16,592 bases of DNA from a virus (taxonomy: Duplodnaviria; Heunggongvirae; Uroviricota; Caudoviricetes). The stretch is taken from IMG/VR virus record IMGVR_UViG_2872169409_000009, one strand, 5' to 3'. Position numbers and translations under genes: made by a program. The notes under the pieces were generated by a model. That model saw only the letters and a list, made by a program, of their open reading frames with translations, was not told where the DNA came from and did not search any database. Numbering within the stretch: the stretch's first letter is position 1; the number at the start of each line of letters is the position of its first letter. Of the stretch, positions 1 to 9,453 are shown one piece after another.

Positions 1-789
1 TTATTTGATTTCAATTTTGTCCCACTCCCTGCCTCTGTCATCACGATACTGTGATGCCATGGTGTCCGACTTGTGCCCGAGAAGATGTTGAGCAAACTTA
101 TCGCTTATCTGCTTCTCATAGAGTCTTGCAGACAAACTGCGCAACTCGTGAAAGGTAGGTGGATCCCCTTCGAAGGAAAGACCTGATGCTTTTCGTGCGC
201 GCATAAAATACCTTGATACTGTGCCGGATGAAAGCGGTTCACGACGAGTAGATGCAATTATGGTTTCTCCGCCAAGAATCTCTTTGCATTTATCAAGTGT
301 TTCCTTCATTGATATCCCGAGAGCATCAACATGCAATGTTGTAGGGATGGCAATTTTTACGCCTGTTTTGCTTTGCTCGACATAAAGATATCCATCTACG
401 ATATCAGACCACTTCATTTCGCATAAATCACCAACTCGTTGCCCGGTAACAACAGCCAGTTCCATTGCAAGTCTGAGCCAACATGGTGATGATTCTGCTG
501 CTTGATAAATTTTCAGGTATTCGTCAGCCGTAAGTCTTGATCTCCTTACCTCTGATTTTGCTGCGCGAGTGGCAGCGACCGGGTTTGTTGTTATATGGCC
601 TTCAGCTATTGCCTCTCGGAATGCATCGCTCAGTGTTGATCTGATTAACTTGGCTGATGCCGCCTTGCCCTCGTCTATGTATCCATTGAGCATTGCCGCA
701 ATTTCTTTTGTGGTGATGTCTTCAAGTGGAGCATCAGGCAGCCCCCTCCTTATTGCTTTAATTTTGCTCATGTAATTTATGAGTGTCTT
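1..789 (-). pseudogene. int: Lambda-like tyrosine integrase, 5'-truncated: C-terminal 262 codons only, N-terminal ~94 codons replaced by IS911
   Basis: Minus-strand ORF 1..804 translates to ...KTLINYMSKIKAIRRG...HLLGHKSDTMASQYRDDRGREWDKIEIK, near-identical to my recollection of phage lambda Int from about residue 95 to the C-terminus. The first five codons of the track ORF (TTG start, MLTTS) are encoded by the IS911 terminus at 790..804. Stop codon is at 1..3. Confidence 0.9.
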
Positions 790-797
790 TGAAGTGG

Positions 798-1966
<1,169 letters not shown>

Positions 1967-2038
1967 TGGAGCACCTGTGTTGTTCTGAGGTGAGCATATC
2001 ACCTCTGTTCAGGTGGCCAAATTCAGTGTGCCACTTCA

Positions 2039-2284
2039 AAAGCTGAAAATGATGCTCTTCGGCGCAAGCTTGATAATGGTGGTCGGGTGCTCGTCAAAGG
2101 AAAATGCCCTGTGCCATCCTCAGCCGAAACCTCCAGCGCCTCCGGCATGGGCAATGATGCCACCGTCGAACTCTCTCCAGTTGCTGGACGAAACGTTCTC
2201 GGTATCCGGGACGGAATCATCAGCGACCAGACAGCATTGAGAATGCTTCAGGAGTACATCAGGATCCAATGCCTTGGGGGGTAG
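2039..2284 (+). pseudogene. Rz: Rz-like i-spanin, 5'-truncated (C-terminal ~81 codons; N-terminal TM and first coiled coil missing)
   Basis: Plus frame from 2039 reads KAENDALRRKLDNGGRVLVKGKCPVPSSAETSSASGMGNDATVELSPVAGRNVLGIRDGIISDQTALRMLQEYIRIQCLGG*, which aligns with lambda Rz from ..AKAENDALRDDVAAGRRRL.. to the ..EQCR C-terminus. The coding sequence begins abruptly at the IS911 end. Confidence 0.7.
2049..2240 (+). CDS. Rz1: Rz1-like o-spanin lipoprotein embedded in the +1 frame of Rz; annotated start and first codons lost at the IS911 junction, so function uncertain
   Basis: MMLFGASLIMVVGCSSKENALCHPQPKPPAPPAWAMMPPSNSLQ.. has a lipobox (VVGC) and proline-rich core like lambda Rz1 (..MMLCVMMLPLVVVGCTSK..KPPPPPAWIMQPP..). 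The lambda-type MLKLK n-region is replaced by IS-derived sequence; translation would have to start at the internal Met at 2049. Confidence 0.55.
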   Translation: MMLFGASLIMVVGCSSKENALCHPQPKPPAPPAWAMMPPSNSLQLLDETFSVSGTESSATRQH

Positions 2285-2372
2285 CGGTAATTTTACTCAT
2301 TATCCTTCAAATCAGATTCTGTTGTCAGAGGAATGGGGGAAGCTGGATTCGCAAGAGCTTTTTATGGGCAGT

Positions 2373-2882
2373 TTAGCTAAAAAAAGGCAACACGAAGCTA
2401 AAACTACCAACATAAAGTGCTGACCAGCTAGCAGCTGAAATCAGACTCACTGTATACACTTTCACTGGATGAAGTTGCAACATTCCTGCCACCAAAGGAG
2501 CAATGTAACGCAGCACGGCGATAAAGCGCGAAGTGAAAAGTATTGACACAGAGTTATTTTGCAACTGAAGGCGAACCCGTTCTATTGTATTGGAACGGCT
2601 CGATATTATACATGCAAGTTGAGGGATATGCCCAATTATTATACCAAGATGGTAATTAACGATCGTACCGCACCATGCGCCACTCATGACCGTGATTCCA
2701 GCTTCCCATGGTGAAAGAGTCGTCTTGCTGACTGTAATTACAGTGGCCATCATAATTGATGCTGGTGGCAATATCGCCGAAATGAGTAAAGTGGATTTTG
2801 TGAACGCTATTATAAAAAGAAGCCCCCATAGGCGATATGGATGAAGTACAAAATAGTTCATCAAAGCATTTATCCACTCCAT
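2373..2882 (-). CDS. Inner-membrane protein, DedA/YqaA-like (TVP38/SNARE-associated superfamily); prophage moron between the lysis and packaging modules
   Basis: 169-aa hydrophobic ORF with a DedA-type signature FTSRFIAVLRYIAPLVAGM (F..RF......R....AG). ATG at 2882 is preceded by AAGGAAAG (Shine-Dalgarno); the track ORF starts one codon earlier at a TTG. The gene is AT-rich compared with its neighbours and is transcribed opposite to the phage late genes. Confidence 0.55.
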   Translation of the reverse strand: MEWINALMNYFVLHPYRLWGLLFIIAFTKSTLLISAILPPASIMMATVITVSKTTLSPWEAGITVMSGAWCGTIVNYHLGIIIGHIPQLACIISSRSNTIERVRLQLQNNSVSILFTSRFIAVLRYIAPLVAGMLQLHPVKVYTVSLISAASWSALYVGSFSFVLPFFS

Positions 2883-3079
2883 CAATGTCTTTCCTTCTGT
2901 GAATTTTTCTTTGCTATTTAACCGTGATACGACTTAATTTAGGCTTAAACACCTTACATTTACAAGGTACTCCTGTGGGGGGCCCTGCCACGGAGCGTCG
3001 CAGGAGTGAGTGATGAGGAAGAATTAAAGCAACCTATTGTGACAGGCAGCGATAACAGTAAATCACAGGAAGCATAATC

Positions 3080-3844
3080 ATGGCAAAACCGGACTGGGAG
3101 GCCATCGAATCGGCATACCGGGCCGGAGTCCTTAGCCTCCGTGATATAGGCGAGAAATACGGCGTTACAGAAGGGGCTATCAGGAAGAGGGCCAAAAAGC
3201 TTGATTGGGCACGCAGTGGCGGTACGCAGGTTTGCAAAAATGGTACGCAAAAAAGGAAAGTGCGTACCAGCAGAAAGCCTGCCATTACTGGCCTTACACA
3301 AAAAAGTACGCAACTAAAAACAGAATCTACACCGGATACGAAACCGATACGCGGAATGCGTACCGATCCCCCGACTAACCCATTCCAACCCGGTAACCAG
3401 CAGGCATTAAAACACGGTGGTTATGCCCGTCGCCTTCTGCTCAAAGATGAGGTGATAGAGGACGCTAAAGCGTTGACGCTCGAGGACGAATTATTTCGCC
3501 TTCGTGCTAACAACCTTGTCGCTGCAGAGAATATTGGTCGGTGGTTGGTGTCGCTGGAAGATGCTAATGGGGACCAGGAAAGGAAGATGCTGATTGAAAA
3601 TATCAGCGCCGCCGAGAAAGCAATGATGCGCAATACAGTTCGTATTGAGTCCATCGTTGGCACGCTTGCGACGGTAGGAAAAATATTTGCTGATACAGCC
3701 TACCGCAAGGCCGCCACTGATAAGGTGTCTCTGGAGGCTGATCGTCTTCGCCGTGATGCAGGTATTGATGATGGCAATGGAGAGCGTGACCTCAATGACT
3801 TCTACTCTGACATCCAAACCGACGCTGAATCCGGCTTTACGTAG
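3080..3844 (+). CDS. Phage terminase small subunit (N-terminal HTH DNA-binding domain)
   Basis: 254-aa ORF immediately upstream of, and overlapping, the large terminase gene. N-terminus ..GVLSLRDIGEKYGVTEGAIRKRAKKLDW.. is HTH-like. RBS AGGAAG lies 8 nt upstream of ATG 3080. Confidence 0.7.
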   Translation: MAKPDWEAIESAYRAGVLSLRDIGEKYGVTEGAIRKRAKKLDWARSGGTQVCKNGTQKRKVRTSRKPAITGLTQKSTQLKTESTPDTKPIRGMRTDPPTNPFQPGNQQALKHGGYARRLLLKDEVIEDAKALTLEDELFRLRANNLVAAENIGRWLVSLEDANGDQERKMLIENISAAEKAMMRNTVRIESIVGTLATVGKIFADTAYRKAATDKVSLEADRLRRDAGIDDGNGERDLNDFYSDIQTDAESGFT

Positions 3845-4462
3845 TTTCTGGACTATGCGGGCACGTAACAAAGTGCTTTATGGTGGTCGGTCATCGTCAA
3901 AATCATGGGATGCCGCTGGCATTGCCATATTTCTGTCGAATAAATACACCCTGCGTTTTTGTTGTGCCCGTCAGATCCAGAATAAAATCGAAGAGTCGGT
4001 GTATACCCTGCTCAAAATTCAGATAGACAGGTTTGGTCTGCGGCACCGTTTCCGTATTCTGAACAACAAAATCATTAACCGGGTTACTGGCTCGGAATTT
4101 GTTTTTTATGGATTATGGCGCAACATCGAAGAAATTAAGTCACTGGAGGGGATCGATATGTTGTGGCTGGAAGAAGCCCACGCACTGACGGAATACCAGT
4201 GGAAAATTCTGGAGCCAACGATCCGTAAAGAGGGTTCGGAATGCTGGTTCATATTCAACCCCGGACTTGTTACTGATTTCGTCTGGCGCAACTTCGTTGT
4301 TGATCCGCCCGAAGGCACTCTCATCCGCAAAATTAACTATGACGAAAATCCGTTTCTGTCTGACACCATGCTTAAGGTTATCGACGCGGCGCGACGCCGT
4401 GATCCGGATGGTTTTAAACATGTGTATGAGGGCGTTCCGGAGTCTGATGATGATGCGGCAAT
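3795..4462 (+). pseudogene. Terminase large subunit, N-terminal ATPase fragment (interrupted by IS2)
   Basis: Track ORF 3687..4478 contains a Walker A-like motif (VLYGGRSSSKSWDAAG) and ..DMLWLEEAH.. (Walker B-like). The likely real start is ATG 3795, after a GGAG; the TTG at 3687 would overlap terS by 158 nt. The reading frame runs into the IS2 left end at 4463 and terminates at an IS-encoded TGA. Confidence 0.8.
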
Positions 4463-4553
4463 TAGACTGGCCCCCTGAATCTCCAGACAACCAGTATCAC
4501 TTATTTAAGTGATAGTCTTAATACTAGTTTTTAGACTAGTCATTGGAGAACAG

Positions 4554-4919
4554 ATGATTGATGTCTTAGGGCCGGAGAAACGCAGACGGCGTACCACACA
4601 GGAAAAGATCGCAATTGTTCAGCAGAGCTTTGAACCGGGGATGACGGTCTCCCTCGTTGCCCGGCAACATGGTGTAGCAGCCAGCCAGTTATTTCTCTGG
4701 CGTAAGCAATACCAGGAAGGAAGTCTTACTGCTGTGGCCGCCGGAGAACAGGTTGTTCCTGCCTCTGAACTTGCTGCCGCCATGAAGCAGATTAAAGAAC
4801 TCCAGCGCCTGCTCGGCAAGAAAACGATGGAAAATGAACTCCTCAAAGAAGCCGTTGAATATGGACGGGCAAAAAAGTGGATAGCGCACGCGCCCTTATT
4901 GCCCGGGGATGGGGAGTAA
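4554..4919 (+). CDS. insC: IS2 InsC (OrfA, transposition regulator)
   Basis: [56 protein letters not shown]... matches my recollection of IS2 InsC. RBS GGAGAA lies upstream of ATG 4554. Confidence 0.9.
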
Positions 4920-5782
4920 GCTTAGTCAGCCGTTGTCTCCGGGTGTCGCGTGCGCAGTTGCACGTCATTCTCAGACGAACCGATGACTGGATGGATGGCC
5001 GCCGCAGTCGTCACACTGATGATACGGATGTGCTTCTCCGTATACACCATGTTATCGGAGAGCTGCCCACGTATGGTTATCGTCGGGTATGGGCGCTGCT
5101 TCGCAGACAGGCAGAACTTGATGGTATGCCTGCGATCAATGCCAAACGTGTTTACCGGCTCATGCGCCAGAATGCGCTGTTGCTTGAGCGAAAACCTGCT
5201 GTACCGCCATCGAAACGGGCACATACAGGCAGAGTGGCCGTGAAAGAAAGCAATCAGCGATGGTGCTCTGACGGGTTCGAGTTCTGCTGTGATAACGGAG
5301 AGAGACTGCGTGTCACGTTCGCGCTGGACTGCTGTGATCGTGAGGCACTGCACTGGGCGGGGACTACCGGCGGCTTCAACAGTGAAACAGTACAGGACGT
5401 CATGCTGGGAGCGGTGGAACGCCGCTTCGGCAACGATCTTCCGTCGTCTCCAGTGGAGTGGCTGACGGATAATGGTTCATGCTACCGGGCTAATGAAACA
5501 CGCCAGTTCGCCCGGATGTTGGGACTTGAACCGAAGAACACGGCGGTGCGGAGTCCGGAGAGTAACGGAATAGCAGAGAGCTTCGTGAAAACGATAAAGC
5601 GTGACTACATCAGTATCATGCCCAAACCAGACGGGTTAACGGCAGCAAAGAACCTTGCAGAGGCGTTCGAGCATTATAACGAATGGCATCCGCATAGTGC
5701 GCTGGGTTATCGCTCGCCACGGGAATATCTGCGGCAGCGGGCTTGTAATGGGTTAAGTGATAACAGATGTCTGGAAATATAG
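4877..5782 (+). CDS. insD: IS2 InsD (OrfB, DDE transposase; expressed as the InsCD fusion via -1 frameshift at A6G 4871..4877)
   Basis: 301-aa ORF in the -1 frame relative to insC, with ..[11 protein letters not shown].. and a C-terminal ..[12 protein letters not shown].. motif. An A AAA AAG run sits at the orfA/orfB overlap. Confidence 0.85.
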
Positions 5783-5794
5783 GGGCAAATCCAG

Positions 5795-6527
5795 CAATCA
5801 TCAAACTGTCTTGGATAGAAGCCGCAGTGGATGCGCACAAAACGTTAAATTTCGAACCCAGTGGAAGAAAGCGTATTGGCTTTGACGTGGCTGACAGTGG
5901 TACAGATAAGTGCGCTAACGTTTACCGTCACGGATCCGTTGTTTTCTGGGCCGACGAATGGAAGGCCAAAGAAGATGAATTACTGAAGAGCTGCCAGCGT
6001 ACTTATCAGGCGGCGCTGGAGCGTGAAGCAGATATTGTTTACGACTCTATCGGTGTTGGTGCGTCTGCCGGTGCTAAATTCTCTGAAATTAACGCTGACC
6101 GGAAGAGCGAGAACGCATACGCGCGACGTGTGAATTACCAGAGGTTTAACGCCGGTGCTGGTGTGCATGAGCCAGATGACGAGTACAACGGCATCCCCAA
6201 CAAAGACTTTTTCGCAAATCTTAAGGCTCAGGCATGGTGGCTGACCGTTTCAGAAATACGTTTAACGCCATTAACAACGGAGAACAGTATCCTGTGGATG
6301 AGCTGATCAGCATAGATTCTCGTTGTCCGTTGCTTGAAAAGCTGAAACTGGAACTGACAACACCTCATCGTGATTTCGACCGTAACGGACGTGTGATGGT
6401 CGAAAGTAAAAAAGACCTCGCAAAACGCGAGATACCGTCACCAAACGTTGCTGATGCATTCATTATGGCCTTCGCGCCAATCGATACATCGCTGGATATC
6501 TGGGAACAGCTGGGGAGACAGGCCTGA
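5795..6527 (+). pseudogene. Terminase large subunit, C-terminal (nuclease) fragment; carries an additional frameshift near 6238..6243
   Basis: Removing IS2 and one copy of GCAAT restores the frame from 4462 into ..AAIIKLSWIEAAVDAHKTLNF..IGFDVADSGTDK... Track ORFs 5767..6306 and 6234..6527 are two overlapping frames of the same protein. Stop TGA overlaps the portal ATG (ATGA) at 6524..6527. Confidence 0.8.
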
Positions 6528-7993
6528 TGGCACGAAACAAACAAGCCCTGCGGCGAACTGTGCAGGCCACAGCTGATGGTTATGAGAATTTTATTGCCCG
6601 AGTAGGGATGCAGACACCTAACCAGCACTCAGCATCCACCTACCGGGCTAATTTCACCAGTCGTAACCGCATGCTGGTGGAATGGTCCTATCGTTCATCC
6701 TGGATCATCGGCGAAGCAGTCGATGCTATCCCGGATGATATGACCCGCAAAGGCATTCGCATCACTTCGGAAATTGATGCAAAAGATCGTGGCATTCTCG
6801 AATCACAACTGGATGAGTTGCAAATCTGGGATGCGCTGAATGACGTGCTGAAATGGTCGCGCCTCTACGGCGGCGCGGTGGGTTTCATCATGATTGAGGG
6901 GCAGGCACCAATGACCCCGCTGCGACCCGAAACCATCGGTAAGGGCAAGTTTAAGGGGATTCTCCCGCTCGACCGCTGGATGGTCGACCCGGCACTGACC
7001 CGCCGCATTAAAGATATGGGGCCGGACCTGGGTAAACCTGAGTTTTACGATGTGGTGACCACAGCAACGGGAATTCCTGCCTGGCGCATTCATCACAGTC
7101 GCCTGATTCGCTTTGATGGCGTCACGTTGCCATTTCAGCAGAAGATGACCGAGAACGAATGGGGAATGTCGGTTGTAGAGCGTATCTGGGATCGTCTTAC
7201 CGCGTTCGACAGCGCTACTGTCGGCGCGGCGCAGCTGGTCTACAAGGCGCATTTGCGTACCTACAGCGTGGAGAAGCTACGCGAGCTTATCGCACTTGGT
7301 GGTCCTGCGTATGAAGCGTTGCTGAAGAATATCGACCTGATTCGACAGTTCCAGAGTAATGAAGGCATGACGCTCATGGACTCGCGGGATAAGTTTGAAA
7401 CCCATCAGTACAGCTTCAGTGGTCTGGATGACATCCTTTCGCAGTTTGCAGAACAGATTAGTGGCGCTGTTGGTATCCCACTGGTGCGGTTGTTCGGACA
7501 GTCCCCGAAAGGATTTTCTACCGGTGATGCAGACCTTGCCAACTATTACGATCGCATCAGTTCGTTGCAGGAGAGGCGTTTACGTCTTCCGGTGCGGCGG
7601 ATACTGGACATCATGCATCGTTCGGAACTTGGCAAGCCGCTGCCGGACGATTTCACGTTTGAGTTTAACCCGCTCTGGCAAATGTCTGATGTCGATCGCT
7701 CAACGGTGGCGTTAAACACCACCAACGCAATCAGTACGGCGCTGGGTGATGGTCTGATGACACTGAAAGCCGCTATGACTGATTTGCGAGAAAATTCTGA
7801 CGTAACCGGCATAGGGGCATCCATTACCAACGAGGACATCGAGAATGCCGAAGATGAAGCGCCGCCCGGCATCGGCGAACCTGATGACGAACCGCAGGAG
7901 CCGTCAGGCGGAAATCCGGTATCGAACCAGCCTACGCAGGATAGCGAGGGCGGTCGGAGACATCGTAAATGGTCGCTACGATGGTTCAAATGA
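6527..7993 (+). CDS. Phage portal protein
   Basis: 488-aa ORF directly after the terminase genes with an acidic C-terminal tail (..EDEAPPGIGEPDDEPQEP..). Size and position are typical of portal proteins; family assignment (DUF1073-like) is from memory. Confidence 0.75.
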   Translation: MARNKQALRRTVQATADGYENFIARVGMQTPNQHSASTYRANFTSRNRMLVEWSYRSSWIIGEAVDAIPDDMTRKGIRITSEIDAKDRGILESQLDELQIWDALNDVLKWSRLYGGAVGFIMIEGQAPMTPLRPETIGKGKFKGILPLDRWMVDPALTRRIKDMGPDLGKPEFYDVVTTATGIPAWRIHHSRLIRFDGVTLPFQQKMTENEWGMSVVERIWDRLTAFDSATVGAAQLVYKAHLRTYSVEKLRELIALGGPAYEALLKNIDLIRQFQSNEGMTLMDSRDKFETHQYSFSGLDDILSQFAEQISGAVGIPLVRLFGQSPKGFSTGDADLANYYDRISSLQERRLRLPVRRILDIMHRSELGKPLPDDFTFEFNPLWQMSDVDRSTVALNTTNAISTALGDGLMTLKAAMTDLRENSDVTGIGASITNEDIENAEDEAPPGIGEPDDEPQEPSGGNPVSNQPTQDSEGGRRHRKWSLRWFK

Positions 7994-8627
7994 CAGTATC
8001 ACGGAAATTATTGCGGCGCTGGAGCGTTACAGTGAAATCATCACCCCCTGGGCGACAAAGGTCGCGGAAAACTTTACTGCGGACCTAACCCGGCAGAACG
8101 AGAAAGTTTGGCGGCAACACAGCAAGAACATCAGTCGCGAGCTCCGCAATCTTGTGGAAAGCGCTCCTGTGGGCCAGGTGATGCAATCCATCATCGCCGA
8201 ACAGGTCAAGTACATCAAATCTCTGCCTCTCGAGGCCGCAGACAGGGTGTACGACATCCAGAACAAAGCGATAGAGGCTGTTGTCACCGGTGGTCGGGCG
8301 GAGCAGTTTGCTAAAGAGATTGCATCTACCGGCGATGTTGCTAAGTCTAGGGCCGATCTGATTGCCCGAACGGAACTGGGAAGAGCAACGGGCGCGCTGG
8401 ATATGGCCCGAGCGATAGCTATTGGCTCGGATGGTTATATTTGGCGTACAGCCGATGATGGCGATGTCCGAGATTCCCACGATCACATGAAAGGTAAATT
8501 CGTCCGCTGGGATTCACCTCCAACTTTGGACGGCATGACCGGCCACGCGGGCGAGCTGCCAAACTGCCGCTGCTATAAAGAGATCGTGTTTGTTCGCGTT
8601 CCATTCGCAATGAAAAGGGCAGCATAA
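7845..8627 (+). CDS. Head morphogenesis protein (Mu gpF / SPP1 gp7 family); start uncertain, overlaps the portal 3' end
   Basis: 260-aa ORF with a conserved ..WRTADDGDVRDSHDHMKGKFVRWD.. core typical of Mu F-like minor head proteins. Candidate ATG starts at 7845, 7854 and 7884 all lie inside the portal ORF. Confidence 0.7.
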   Translation: MPKMKRRPASANLMTNRRSRQAEIRYRTSLRRIARAVGDIVNGRYDGSNDSITEIIAALERYSEIITPWATKVAENFTADLTRQNEKVWRQHSKNISRELRNLVESAPVGQVMQSIIAEQVKYIKSLPLEAADRVYDIQNKAIEAVVTGGRAEQFAKEIASTGDVAKSRADLIARTELGRATGALDMARAIAIGSDGYIWRTADDGDVRDSHDHMKGKFVRWDSPPTLDGMTGHAGELPNCRCYKEIVFVRVPFAMKRAA

Positions 8628-8630
8628 CCC

Positions 8631-9410
8631 ATGAAATACTTTTTTGAGACCAGGCTCGGGGAAACCCGATACCGCCTGGCTGACGGCTCGTTGCTGTGCA
8701 AAGACGTGCCGATAGGACGAACAGGTAAGCAGCTCTATGGTGCTGATGACCTGCCAAAACTGAAACCCGATAAGTTCGTTGAAATAGTCGTCACGCGTTC
8801 TCCTGAGCAGGTATTCCATCCGGCCACGCTTGCCTCATTCGAAGGGATGAGCATCACGATCCTGCATCCTGAAGATGAAAACGGGAATGTGCGGCTGGTA
8901 AATCCCGAGAACTGGAAAGTGCTTGCTGTCGGGCACCTCCAGAATGTCCGGCGCGGGACGGGTGAGCAGTCTGATTTGATGCTGGCTGACCTTATCGTCA
9001 AAGACGAAAGCGCCATTCAGCTTATCGAAGATGGCCTGCGCGAAGTGTCGTGCGGCTATGACGCGGAGTACGAGCAGACCGAGCCAGGTAAAGCCGAGCA
9101 GGTCGATATTACCGGAAACCATGTGGCTCTTGTCCCTAAAGGCAGAGCCGGAAATCGTTGTGCAATTGGAGACAGAGACACAATGGCAAATCAAAAGAAA
9201 AACTGGTGGAACCGCATGCGTGCGGCCATCAAGACAGGAGATGCCGACACCATGAACGAACTGGTGGAGTCGGCTCCCGCATCGGTTACAGGAGATGAGG
9301 GGGATTTGCCGCAGGGCGTTAATCTCAACATCAACCTGTCCCCGCAGCAACCACTACCGGACAAAGCACCAGAGATGGGCGGAGATCCAACCGGCGACAG
9401 TGATGATGAC
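8631..9410 (+). pseudogene. Putative capsid scaffolding/protease-like head protein, 5' part (gene interrupted by IS600 copy 1)
   Basis: ORF 8631..9413 terminates at a TGA formed by the first bases of IS600. Its frame resumes after the IS at 10675 and runs to 11118, giving a ~407-aa protein with an acidic, low-complexity linker. Function is inferred from position between the head morphogenesis and capsid genes. Confidence 0.6.
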
Positions 9411-9453
9411 TGAGGTGTACTGGCAATAGCGGACACTACCATTTGTTCTTTTT

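Larger units (their letters stand above)
4463..5794 (+). mobile_element. IS2 (IS3 family), about 1.33 kb, simple insertion flanked by the 5-bp target-site duplication GCAAT
   Basis: Left end TAGACTGGCCCCCTGAATCTCCAGACAACC at 4463 and right end ..CTGGAAATATAGGGGCAAATCCA at 5794. Identical GCAAT at 4458..4462 and 5795..5799. Carries insC and insD. Confidence 0.9.

Noticed and set aside
569-775. 68-aa plus-strand ORF inside the int fragment
   Set aside because: Antisense to the lambda-like integrase coding sequence; no start context or homology.
2013-2048. 5' extension of the Rz1-like ORF into the IS911 right end (track ORF 2013..2240)
   Set aside because: The first 12 codons are encoded by IS911 terminal sequence and the junction; the biologically meaningful part starts at the internal Met at 2049.
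2023-2220. 65-aa minus-strand ORF opposite Rz/Rz1
   Set aside because: Antisense to the spanin fragment, with no similarity to the missing int N-terminus, which is the only gene one might have expected here.
2340-2365. Possible intrinsic terminator after Rz (AAGCT-11 nt loop-AGCTT followed by TTTAT)
   Set aside because: The stem is only 5 bp with an 11-nt loop and a short, interrupted T-run; too weak to call.
2960-3313. Minus-strand ORFs 2960..3313 and 3034..3285 upstream of and inside terS
   Set aside because: They overlap the terS start region in antisense, have no homology, and have Cys/Pro/Leu-rich composition typical of spurious frames.
3687-3794. TTG-initiated 5' extension of the large terminase ORF overlapping terS by 158 nt
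   Set aside because: The extension (MLIQPTARPPLIRCLWRLIVFAV..) is not terminase-like. An ATG at 3795 with an upstream GGAG gives a conventional short overlap with terS.
3421-3871. Minus-strand ORFs 3421..3663 and 3491..3871
   Set aside because: Antisense to terS and the terL start; low-complexity, with no supporting signals.
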